Shown: in pieces, positions 15,211 through 26,241 of the stretch
Numbering within the stretch: the stretch's first letter is position 1
How the letters are laid out: each line of letters begins with the position of its first letter
Assembly (NCBI RefSeq): GCF_006345805.1
Contig: NC_043000.1
Span: 150,474,001-150,538,000 of the forward strand
DNA from: Octopus sinensis
Taxonomy: Eukaryota
Direction of reading: 5' to 3'
DNA: 64,000 nucleotides
Position numbers and translations under genes: made by a program
Notes under the pieces: model-generated
Told to the model about the DNA's origin: nothing
The model's database searches: none
Seen by the model: only the letters and a program-made list of their open reading frames with translations

Positions 15211-15445
15211 TACACTAATATTAATATTTAGGGTGGTGAAAAAAAAGGTGTACTAAACAGAAATAGAAACAATTGCAGTATGTTTATATACTATAAATGC
15301 AATTTCAATAATAATAAAATCAAAACAAAATCTTACATAGTCCCGGGACGTCGTTGAGATCAGTGATAGATCGATCAACAAGATCAAGTTCGGGATTGTC
15401 ATGCTCCTTGTTTTCATCGATGATCTTTTTAAGTTTGGATGACAT
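1072..15445 (-). CDS. RSU1: Ras suppressor protein 1 (LRR protein), 3'-partial; join of 7 exons: 15445-15337, 11711-11661, 7757-7690, 7447-7395, 3798-3680, 1584-1502, 1186-1072; remaining exons lie left of the window
   Basis: Spliced translation [199 protein letters not shown] is colinear with RSU1; all introns GT-AG with consistent phases (598 nt coding in window). Confidence 0.96.
1502..1584 (-). CDS. RSU1: RSU1 coding exon 6 (83 nt)
   Basis: (E)[27 protein letters not shown], tttacag| and |GTGAGT. Confidence 0.95.
2557..2776. mobile_element. piggyBac-type MITE (family 1)
   Basis: TTAA TSDs (2553-2556, 2777-2780), TIRs CCCTTTCG.TAC / GTAACGAAAGGG. Confidence 0.85.
3176..3499 (+). mobile_element. 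3'-truncated copy of the same Helitron family
   Basis: A|TCTTTATATATAAAAGTG 5' end; no CTAG end. Confidence 0.75.
3680..3798 (-). CDS. RSU1: RSU1 coding exon 5 (119 nt)
   Basis: [43 protein letters not shown] bounded. Confidence 0.95.
5749..6126 (-). mobile_element. 3' end of second RTE-like LINE family
   Basis: ORF 5764-6135 C-terminal LINE motif, (CAT)n tail. Confidence 0.82.
7395..7447 (-). CDS. RSU1: RSU1 coding exon 4 (53 nt)
   Basis: cttcttaatag| acceptor, [17 protein letters not shown](G), GG|GTAAGT donor. Confidence 0.93.
7690..7757 (-). CDS. RSU1: RSU1 coding exon 3 (68 nt)
   Basis: tttttag| acceptor, (E)[25 protein letters not shown]|GTAAGA donor. Confidence 0.93.
7835..8365 (-). 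mobile_element. RTE-type LINE 3' fragment
   Basis: (CAT)n tail plus 3' UTR shared with 31437-31900. Confidence 0.85.
8668..9040 (-). mobile_element. tRNA-derived SINE (family A, GGCGCAGGAGTGGCTGTGTGG head)
   Basis: A/B-box head, internal (CA)n/(TA)n, TAAAAGAG-type tail; multicopy in window. Confidence 0.9.
9934..10317 (+). mobile_element. tRNA-derived SINE (family B), full length
   Basis: tRNA-like head with A/B boxes; 10-bp TSD ACTTGCAGTA at 9924-9933 and 10318-10327. Confidence 0.92.
10660..11310 (-). mobile_element. CR1/L2-group LINE 3' fragment
   Basis: Minus frame [59 protein letters not shown] then (ATT)n tail. Confidence 0.85.
11661..11711 (-). CDS. RSU1: RSU1 coding exon 2 (51 nt)
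   Basis: ttttcag| acceptor, (L)[17 protein letters not shown]|GTAAAT donor. Confidence 0.93.
11905..12299 (+). mobile_element. RTE-type LINE 3' fragment with internal tandem modules
   Basis: Same 3' UTR, (GAT)n tail at ~12283-12299. Confidence 0.85.
13011..13410 (-). mobile_element. SINE family A
   Basis: Near-identical to other family A copies. Confidence 0.9.
14152..14292. mobile_element. Tc1/mariner-type MITE
   Basis: 21-bp TIR AGGTTGTCCCAAAAGTTCGTA / TACGAACTTTTGGGATAACCT (1 mismatch), flanking TA. Confidence 0.75.
15002..15208. repeat. Compound (TA)n/(TACA)n microsatellite in RSU1 intron 1
   Basis: Direct inspection. Confidence 0.95.
15337..15445 (-). CDS. RSU1: RSU1 coding exon 1 (109 nt)
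   Basis: aaaATG start at 15445, [22 protein letters not shown]..., donor T|GTAAGA. Confidence 0.93.
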
Positions 15446-15499
15446 TTTAGTTTCTTATTAGTTCTGTGTTCTTGCTAATAGACAGTCGAATCGACAGTA

Positions 15500-15570
15500 G
15501 TGGAAGTGTGTGTACAACCAATCCCAGCGACTGGTACGGCCTTACCATTGATGGGCATAGCGGAAGTTGG
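15500..15570 (-). promoter_or_regulatory. Probable RSU1 proximal promoter
   Basis: CCAAT box at 15518-15522 and ETS-like GCGGAAGT at 15560-15567, 70-120 nt upstream of the ATG in a CpG-retaining stretch; motif match only. Confidence 0.35.
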
Positions 15571-16144
15571 CCAGCAACAAGTATTTGAACATTCTCACAA
15601 TCCTCCTACACTCTTTTCCTTACATGCCCTTCCCTCATCACCTCTCTCTCTCTCTCTTTCATTCTCTCTCTTTCTTTCATTCTTTTTCTTTCTCTCTCTC
15701 TCTCTTTACTTTTTACTATCTCATCTTTTCACACATCTGTACTTGTCAGACTTGGAACGAAAACATTGAATTCATAAATCTGTGTCACAGGTTTTTCGTA
15801 GTTTATGTAATACCATATGTATGAAGAAACTTAATTTTATATTATATATATATATATAAATAAATGCTTCTAATCTTTCTCCTTTATATTATATATTCAC
15901 AGATTTAGTGTTGACTATTGGCTTTCGGAAGACAGACATCTTACGAAAAATTAATAAAACTATTTTGCTTTTCTGGAATTTCGCCTCTATATTTCATAGA
16001 GCCATCCAAGCAATTAGACAAGAACTTCACCTATCTTCGTCTCTCTCTCTCTCTGAAAGCTAAAAGCACCAACGGAAAATAAAATAAAAGAAGGGAGATA
16101 ATTCCATTAAGCTCAGTTGATTAACATTTTTTGACACTATAGAT

Positions 16145-16345
16145 CAGTGGTTTTCAACCAGGGTTCCGCCTGTACAGTCCAGGGGTTCTGCAAGAAGTTA
16201 CAAAACTGCTAAATTCGGCAGTAATTTTTAATTCTCCTGTGCAGATATGTGTGCATAAGACTATTAAATTATTGCACACGGGTTCCTCGAACCAGTGGAA
16301 TGTTTCCTTGGGGTTCCGCTCCAGCAAAAATGTTGAAAAGCACTG
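16145..16345. mobile_element. hAT (Charlie-like) MITE
   Basis: TIRs CAGTGGTTTTCAAC / GTTGAAAAGCACTG; imperfect 8-bp TSD CTATAGAT / CTATAAGA. Confidence 0.75.
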
Positions 16346-17283
16346 CTATAAGATAATGTATGTTGGAGTAGATCTAATCTTGAAAGTCAGTTGGCGAAAA
16401 CAACGGCGCGTTTTGGTGTTGAGCTTATCAGCGAAGTATATCCTCCGTTAGTAAGATCAAGAGGGATCAATGTGTATAGAAATAAAGGGAATACAGTGAT
16501 CGTGATTATGAATATCAACAATATGGCTGGGAGAAATATTTAGATGGAGCTTTCCGCATAATAAATACAAATACAGTAGGGTCTCCCACACATAATATAT
16601 TTGAAATGGTTCAACTGAGAAGGATCAAAATCTAAAAACTATAGCGTCATTACCCCCCCCCACACACACACTCACGGTGATGACTCTTAGTGCATCAAAT
16701 GAGGATATTTTGCTGAAGAGGTTTAATACTATCGAAACATAGTCTTCACCAGTTAGCTTTAAAGAACAGATCTGCTTCACTCTGCCTCTTATATATTGTC
16801 CTACTATTTCGATCTATTGATCTTTATCTCATATACTGAGAGTTTTTAAATTTCAAATAATTCTTATTTAGAAATTGCATGGATTATCTTAGTTGATCAG
16901 AGTTTTTCGATTCACTAAGTATATCACATCGGATTTTGACCTGAATAAATTACAATAATATAGTTAAAATTTTCTTTTAGATATTAGTCAAATAGACATG
17001 CTGAACTAAAATAAAATGAATTATTAGAAGATGAAATGGTTTCATTTCGGCTTTGATAATTGCTCTTCATTATTATATAATATATTTTTATAAAATTACG
17101 GTCGATAAATTAGCAATTATATTTCACACAAAGTGATGAGTAAAAAAAACAAACTATTTTTCTTATTTTCAAATCATTCATTAATTTATCGGATTATTTC
17201 TTACTAGATGTATATTGTGTAGATAGAACAAGAAATAAACACTTAGGACACACGAATTTACACCCACGCCCATGCAACACATT

Positions 17284-17339
17284 ATCTATCTATCTATCTA
17301 TCTATCTTTCCATCTATCTATCTATCTATCTATCTTTCC

Positions 17340-17414
<75 letters not shown>

Positions 17415-17415
17415 C

Positions 17416-17494
<79 letters not shown>

Positions 17495-17539
17495 CATCTA
17501 TCTATCTATCTATCTTTCCATCTATCTATCTATCTTTCC

Positions 17540-17589
<50 letters not shown>

Positions 17590-17630
17590 ATATCTATCTT
17601 TCTATCTATATATCTATCTTTCTATCTATA
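17284..17630. repeat. (ATCT)n / GATA microsatellite with TTCC interruptions
   Basis: Direct inspection. Confidence 0.95.
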
Positions 17631-18772
17631 TATGTGTATGCGCGCGTGTGTGTATGTATGTATGTGTGTTTAAGTAAGTATAGTAACCTGCTTTAAACTA
17701 AATATAAAAATGTATGTGTAGACAAAATGAATGTGACGTCATGCCTGTTAGTTATGTAGGTGAACAAAAAGTCTAAAAAGTATCTTCGTATTAACAGTGA
17801 AAAAAAAAAAAGGTTTAGTTGATGACTAATATCTTCATCATCCAATACGAAAGACAACTCCATACATTTCACTAAAGAATGTAAAATACGCCGGGCGTTG
17901 TCTTCTGTACTTGCAAATGAAAATTATATTGGTCATTTGCTTATATGGTGGATTGGCAGAATTGATAGAGTCGCGTGCGAAATATCGCGCAATATTTAGT
18001 TGCGCTAATATGCGTTATGAGTTCATATCCTGCATTAGTGCTTCTAATTTCCTTCCTGGGTGATAAAATAAAGTAACGTCGAAATACAGAGGTTGTTATA
18101 ATCAACGATACCTATTAAATAAATATTTTAATAATTAAATAGGCTTTCACTTAACACGACTTGTCTAAATAAAGTGATTTTTTATAGATTATATATCTCA
18201 ATCTTTGCTGGCTGTTCAGGAAAAATTAGTAGAATTTAAAATTTAAACTGGCTAAAGAATAAAATTAATGGCTGGACATCTAGTTTAGAAAGAATCCAAA
18301 CGGAAACAACTAAAGGTATCTCCTATTCTGAGCCTCTAACTATAAAATATGAAAAGTATATTTCTGTTAAGTGATAAAATATTGCCTATCTGTATATCAA
18401 TGTGCGTATAAATGTATCTGTAAAAGTTTCCATAATTATACTGGAAAATAAATTCCTAAACATAACTGATCTCTTCCTGAGCCTTCAAATCCTGCAGTAA
18501 TTTGACTTCTCTATGATCTTAAATGAGTTTTGGCTTAACATTTGACAACTACCAGTTGATTGTAATTTGCTGCCTTTAACCCCCTGGTCAGCGATGATCG
18601 AATACATTCCAGTTGTGACCATGCTGTGTTTTTCCTATGTTAACCCAGAACATACTAACATGCCCTTCTCTGGGGCAGTAGATTATGAACTGAGGAAGAT
18701 TTGGCTTCTATTTTTAACAGGTCAAGTAACCACGCATTGAACACCCTCGTTGGCTGAAAAAGGAATATATAT

Positions 18773-18859
<87 letters not shown>

Positions 18860-18901
18860 AATAAATGAAAGAATGGAGTTGAACGACGATTTAACAAAAT
18901 T

Positions 18902-18996
18902 CCTTTATTCTCGACATATGTTTCGAAGGCTGCAAATTCCTAATTTCGAAGGAATAAGGGGTGCATTATGCCGCCTTCTCATCGGGAAAAACAAGG
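18902..18996 (-). ncRNA. Minimal type I hammerhead ribozyme motif with U4C core
   Basis: Stem I TTTTC/GAGAA plus TT-CC/AA-GG extension, core CCGATGA, stem II GAAGGC/GCCTTC with internal hairpins, GAAA, palindromic stem III ACATATGT, GUC triplet. Confidence 0.7.
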
Positions 18997-19065
18997 AACT
19001 TATGTCAGCATCAAGATGAACGAATTATCCACACTAAGATAATTCATTCAACTACTTATACATAT

Positions 19066-19120
<55 letters not shown>

Positions 19121-19127
<7 letters not shown>

Positions 19128-19230
19128 GTAAAAAGTGAAAAAACTACAGAAGGCTTGTTTTAAAAGGTTAAAAAAATTTTTAACCTTTTAAAACAAGCCT
19201 TCTGTAGTTTTTTCACTTTTTACTATTTTA
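19121..19230. repeat. Perfect palindrome, 54-bp arms with 2-nt spacer
   Basis: 19121-19174 is the exact reverse complement of 19177-19230. Confidence 0.95.
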
Positions 19231-19270
19231 TATATATTCAACCACGTGCTTTCACACACCAACTTTCTCA

Positions 19271-19334
<64 letters not shown>

Positions 19335-19443
19335 GGTCCCGGGTTGAGTCGGGGTTATCCACAGTAAATAAGGTACTCAATACATAGCAGAGTAAAGTAA
19401 TTTATTTTATTTTATTTTATAAATGAAGCTCCTTCTATAAAAT

Positions 19444-19514
<71 letters not shown>

Positions 19515-19758
19515 GTTTGAGGCGAAGAAGCCGCATCGTACACTAGCTTTTGATTTAGCTAACTAGAATGGTAAATTTTTAATGCGAGAAATTCTACTTA
19601 GAACATTTACTTAAATGAAAGTTGATATCAAATTTTATATTTCGAAGTCTCCCTCTTCTGACAATTCTGACAATTTTTCGTTGGACACTTTTCGCTGTTA
19701 CACCGTTTGACATGCGCAGTGACACCTTGCTCTCTGGATTTCCTAATTCTCTGCCAAA

Positions 19759-19836
19759 ATGTCCACACAAAGACAAGTCGATATTTCTACTTTACCTTTA
19801 CCTCAATTAAATCAGTTGTCTCAACAGCTAGACCAG
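19759..19836 (+). CDS. PFDN5: PFDN5 exon 1 coding part (78 nt)
   Basis: aaaATG start, CAG|GTAACG donor. Confidence 0.93.
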
Positions 19837-21828
19837 GTAACGGCTTTGATAACATCTTGAAACGGTTGTTTATAACGGTTTTTGTTTGACTGACAGTTTT
19901 TTGTTTCTTATAAAAGAGTCGAAATTAATTTCTTGATCCGTCATTATTTTAGAAACCTTACAAAATAAAATCTTAATTTTCATCTCAAAGAACATCTGAA
20001 TACATTAAAATAACTTTATTTGATAAATATTTATATAATTTATTCATCGATACCCTATGAAAAACCTGCGGCAATCTTACGGTTCTATACGAGAACCGTA
20101 AGATTGCCAAAACCTGCTTAAATTTGGCAGAATTTTGTTCGGTAAAGCAATTTCAATCTCGTCGGATTTTGTGATATTTCATGAAACAGAATAGAATATT
20201 TAAGTTTTGAGTGATAGTGTTACTTAAATGGTGATATTCAGTTTTAAATATCTTGTCGGATGAAGCAAATACTGTTAAATATCCATCTTAATTCTACAAA
20301 AGAGAAACCAAAATGATTAAAACTGGACAATTTCATACAAACAGAATTGCAATTTCTGTAAAATGTTTTTTTCCAATTTTCATAAAATCATAACAACAGT
20401 AGACAAATGAATAATATTTCTCAATGCATATGAGAGTTCTAAATAAATTAATATCTGATCTAATTATTGGTTGAGCTGAATATATTTGTACATCCAAGTA
20501 CAAAATGATCTAATTAATTATATGATGTTTATAAATGTAATTTATGAAAATGGTTTGCCAGTATCTTTTGTTCAAATTATCATCATAAAAATATCAGTTT
20601 TAATTCATTTTTATTGCAACCCACTGATTGATGCTGTCTGATTTGGTCCATTCATTTGCCATGATCTTTTCTTTAACAATTCAAATTTCTATTTTTTGTT
20701 TAAATATATCTTTAATCTTTAATATCTCTGCATGATCCCATATTAAGTTGTAACATAACGTAATGAAATACAAGATATTTGTAATTTTTCTGAGAAATTA
20801 ATCTGCTCATGTTTGTAAATACACTATGATTAGATGATCTTAATGCATTTTAAATTGTTTAATTATCTAAACTCCTCAATATTTAAGTTGAGTAATATCA
20901 AGAATTACTAACTAGTACGTTAATAGTATCTTGTTTCAGTGCTATTATCTACTATAGCTAGCACTCTATGTAATAACAGATGTATGTGCCTTGTCTCATA
21001 TACAATATTTTCGTGGACAGAAAAAGAGGAGTCAGCTGAAATAATATCTTCAGTGATTGAGTACCTCCTTTAACGGTCCGTGGGGGTGCTACGTATATAT
21101 CCAATATTACGAAGGGCTCAAGTAAATCAGGTAGATCGGCATATTTGGTAGCCTGTTTGATCAATAAATTATTGGTGCATTTACAATATTTTGTTTCAAT
21201 GCTATATTACATTATATCTATGGATTTTAGCCAGCATTCTATGAAACGAACAAATGTAAGCATCTTGTTTTTATATACAATATTTTCAAGGATAGAAAAA
21301 AAAAGAGATCAGCTGAACTAGTTTCAATCCTAAGCCCTTAATAATCGTAGAGATATAAGCAGTGGGCAGTTGCTGATGAAGTCCCAACAGAGGCCTAAAA
21401 CTATGCCTGCTGATTCCATTATCCATGTCCACAAAAGTATAGTTTACAGAGTATTTATGGCATATAGTCATAAATATTATCTTGAGTGCAACTGGATGTT
21501 TAACGACAATGTCCAGAGAAAATAATTAGCTCTCTGTAACAATGCAATAAAGGTGTTCCCTGATCTGTTGTGGTTAAGCATCCAGTTGCACTTGGATCAT
21601 CCAATGTAGAAGTTCCAAACGGTCACAACAGTGAAATGTATGGAAGAACAAATTGATATAAACTGAAGTTTATTATAATTTCTCCAACATTTGCTCTGTA
21701 TATCATAACCAGTACTTTTAAGTATAGTAGTTAACCACTATACTGAAAGCAGGGTGGGTGATGGTAATCTATATGGAGCTCTAAACTTATCAGTAAAGTC
21801 ATACATCTGTTTGTATACGAAAGGTAGG

Positions 21829-21860
<32 letters not shown>

Positions 21861-24800
21861 TCATCATCATCGTTTAACGTCCGTTTTCCGCGCTATCACG
21901 GGTTGGACGGTTTGACCAGGGTCTGGGAAGCCAGGGGCTGCACCAGGCTCCACTCTGATCTGGCAGAGTTTCTACAGAGTTCCTAACGCCAACCACTCCA
22001 CTTATAAATGATGTCCTTCTGCATTTTCCATCTACTAAATTCACTTACAAGGAATTGGTGAATAGACACTTGTCAAGTGGACTGAATGCAAATAAAGCAA
22101 AAGAAAACCAAAGCAAGCTTCTTAACCATAAATCCATGCCTGTACCCCTCTCTTGTGTGTGTGTGTATATGATGGACTCTCCTGTCAAAGATGACTTTTG
22201 AGTGTTCAGCCTTTACTGAACAACCTGCACAAATGGTTTGTTTATAGTGATCAAATGTATGTGCTGTACAGTAGCTCACTCTCTCCATCAAATCAATGTT
22301 TTCTGAACAAGTGCACCATCTACTACACGTTCAGTGTTGAAGTGGTCACAGAGCAATGTGAGATGAAGTGTTTTGCTCAAGAACACAGTGCATGGAACTA
22401 AAACCATGATTTTGTGATTGAGTGCAACATCCTAACCACTAGGCCATGCATCCTAAACATACAATACTCTTTTACTTGTTTCAGTCATTTGACTGCGGCC
22501 ATGCTGGATCACTGCCTTTAATCGAGCAACTCGACCCCGGAACTTATTCTTTTGCCGAACTGCTAAGTGACGGGGAGATATACACACCAGCATCGGTTGT
22601 CAACCAATGCTAGAGGGACAAACACAAACACACACACGCATACACATATACGACGAGCTTCTTTCAGTTTCCGTCTCCCAAATCCACTCACAAGGCTTTG
22701 GTTGGCCCGCGGCTATAGTAGAAGACACTTGCCCAAGGTGCCACGCTGTGGGACTGAACCTGGAACCATGTGGTTGGTAGACAGGCTACATACCACACAG
22801 CCACTCCTGTGCCTACAATGTTAGTAAAGAAAGAATAAAGTTATAAAAATAGTGTACACTGATTATATCCTTTTTGACGATATAATGAAAACCTAGTTAT
22901 TTACTTTTCAGAAAAGCCTAAAACACCCAAACTTTTAATTGCTGTAAGATTATTTTGTGATCAGTCTAATATGTTATATTTTGTTTTTTTTTACCTTTTG
23001 TTTATTTCAGGAAATTGAATTTCTAACTCTTTCTTTAAACCAATTGAAAGTAGCTCAAACTAAATTTAGTGAATCTCAAGAATGTCTTAGTCAAGTCACC
23101 AAGCAGAATCTGGATAACGATATTCTCGTTCCTCTTACAGGATCTGTATCCTTTTATTGCATTTGTGTATCTTATGTTGTTGTATGCAAATCCAAACTTT
23201 TATGCGAGTTCCTCAAACATATCTTATGGATTGATTCTCTTTTCAACATTGTTAGCGTTTAATGGCAGTGGTGATGGGGGTGTTTTTCAGTTACTTAATA
23301 GTGATAATAAAAAAAAATAATAATAATGAAATTATTATATACAGTGCTCAGGTGCACCACAACTTGTCAGAAAGTGCATATAGAGTACATGCAGTAATGT
23401 ACAAATGTCTGGAAAGCGAACAATGTATGAGTCAGATACATGCTTGCGTGTGTATGGAGGGGAGAAAATCAGGTGTAGTGTTGGCGAATCTCAGAATGTT
23501 TTAATAGATTCTTTAAAAAGAATCTCTGAAAGATTGTCAAGTTAAAAAAAATGACAAACTGGAAAAATTTATTAATCTCATAAATTCATGAACACCATTA
23601 AGCTTTTGTGAGAGTTGTATAAAATAAAATAAAATTTTATTGAAGAGCAGAATCTGAAAACTTATGTAATATGCCATTCTATTTGATAACAGAAAACCGA
23701 CTTCAGTTTTCTAGGAGTAAAATAACTGAATAAAATCAAAGGAGATTAAAAGTAGATTTGCATGTTTATTGTCTTTAAGCTCCTTAATGTTATTTCCAGA
23801 TGTATGTTCCTGGGAAATTATCTAATGTTGAAGAATGTTTAGTTGACATTGGTACTGGATATTATATTGAAATGGTTTGTATTACTTCATTTTATATTAA
23901 AAAAATTTAAAAAACCGAAAGCAAAACAGAAACATTAAAACTGTAAATTGAAGATTGACATATAATTATAAAATGTATGTTGTTTTAATGTTAAATTTGT
24001 AAATTTTCTGAAGTTGACTTTGCCATTTGCCCTTTTGGGGTTGATAAAATAAGTACCGTCCGAACACAAGTCGATGTAATCAACTGGCCCACTTATCCAA
24101 AATTTCACATCTTGTGCCTATGGTAGAAAGGATATTAATAGCTTCAGTTGCATACAGTCTGTTTAGCACAGCTGAATTTCTGCTTTTCTGACAGCTGTAG
24201 TTATATATAATTGTGGTAAACGTAGAAAGACATGTTAAATGAGATGAACATGACACAAATAGTTGCACTGGCATTCAAAATTTCATTGAATCTCTGTTGA
24301 CAATTATAGCTTACTAGCAGTATCGCCCGGCGTTGCTCGGGTTTGTAAGGGAAATAACTATATAAGCATTTTTAGCGATGTAAAGTATAATAGCCATTTC
24401 AATATGGCTAACCACAAAGGGGGGGGATGTTACTGTAGCTTTTTACGTTCTGAGATTTAATAATAGATTTTTAGAGAGTTACTTCCCTTATATAATAGCA
24501 AAAAAATGCATTAAAAATGGGAAAAAATGATGGTAAATCCTTTAAAAATCGTAGACTCATCGTAAACGCGCGCTAATACCCAGAAGGGCTCGATATGAAT
24601 GATGACTATAAGATACCCGGTTTTGGTTAAACTGCACCGCAAAATGTGGGAGTAGTTAGGAATCTAAATCGTAGGAGACAGACAGCACACAACTTCACTT
24701 TTATATATAAAGATTAATAAATTTTAGTGTAGGTGTAAGAAGTTAGCTTCTCAACCACATGGTCCTGGGTTTAGTCCCATTGCATGGCATTTTGGGTGTG

Positions 24801-26195
24801 TCTTCTGCTATAGCCCTGGGCTGACCAAAGCCTTGTAAGTAAGTTAGTTAGTTAGTTAGTTAATTTGGCTCAAAAGCAAATAGCAAGGCCATGTAGGGGG
24901 ACATGGAGTTAAGTACAGGGTGGTGTTCATGTAAAGAGTTCAGGCCACTTGAGGTCCAGGGAGGCTTTGAACAAAGCGGTCGTCGGCATCTTTACCATCT
25001 CGTCTGGCAGCTTGTTCCACGGATCAGTAAATGAAAACTGGAAGAAACACGCGTTTATTTTCATGTTTGTCCTCTCAGCACTGCTTGACAACTGGTGCTG
25101 GTTTGGTTGTATCTCCATAACTTGGCAAAAATTAACTGATAGAATAATTACCAAACTTAAAATTTAGTACTGGGGTCAGTTTGTATCTTTGTGTATGCCC
25201 TCCCCCTCACCGCTGCATGACAGCCAGTGTTGGTTTGTTTATGTCCTTGTAACTTAGCAGTATGACAAAAGAGACTGAAAGAATAAATACCAAAAAAAAA
25301 ATAGAGCCTTCAGGGTGGTTTCCCAGCATGGATGCAGTCCAATGACTAAAACAAGTAAAAGTTTAAAAGATTGTATCATGAAAGCAGAAGTGGATAGTAT
25401 CTAATAATCTTATTACTAATATGCATACAATAATCTTAACCCATCCTCTTCATTCAATCTGCATCTTCTGGTAACGAAGCATAATTTTTATGTTTAATTA
25501 CACATAATCTTGCTGTTCCATAATATATTAATTACACGAAATGTTACTGTTGTTATATATAAAAAAAGGATTAAATGATAATGAACTAAAATAATTTTTC
25601 TAACTAATATTTCAGACAGTAGATTCAAGCAAAAAGTTTTTCAAGAGGAAAGTAGATTATATCACCAAACAAATAGAAAAGATGCAGCCACTTTTACAAG
25701 ATAAATACAGGATGAAACAAGGTAAGCTCCCTGTAACATATATATATATATACTACTAACAATATAGGATGAAGTCCCTTTCTCTACAGAAAGGGATTCC
25801 ATCAAAAAGCGTGGCAGTATATTAAAAAAACCATGACAGTTGAAGTATAAACATCTTATAATTAAGGGCTAAAGAAGGTTATTCTAAAGCCAATACACTG
25901 ATTTATCCACTTATAATAAATGATGTACTTAAATGTGGTTGTGTTTTTAGCTTCTGCTTTTTCCATGATCACATGTGTGTATTTTATTTATATTCCCTCG
26001 TAAGCTCTACTGAAGAAGAATGTATCCTTTATAGGGATTAATTCCGAAATTGATTCAATATAGAGATAACGAAATTTAAATTTTCTAAAGGTTAGTTGCC
26101 CGCTTTCAGTTCAGTTTTCCTGTAACAAGTGGATTATAAGTGGATAAATCAGTGTATTGGCTATAGAATAACCTTCTTCTATATATAAGATATAT

Positions 26196-26241
<46 letters not shown>

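Larger units (their letters stand above)
18765..19510. repeat. Cluster of four (TA)n tracts (18765-18857, 19057-19121, 19273-19331, 19447-19510) separated by short inserts
   Basis: Direct inspection. Confidence 0.9.

Noticed and set aside
15446-15548. ATG|GTAAG upstream of RSU1, suggesting an N-terminal micro-exon
   Set aside because: Tested acceptors give either a frameshift (29 nt) or an immediate stop (ATG AAC TAA); at most a 5' UTR intron
17272-17673. 133-aa ORF (YLSI repeats)
   Set aside because: Translation of an (ATCT)n microsatellite
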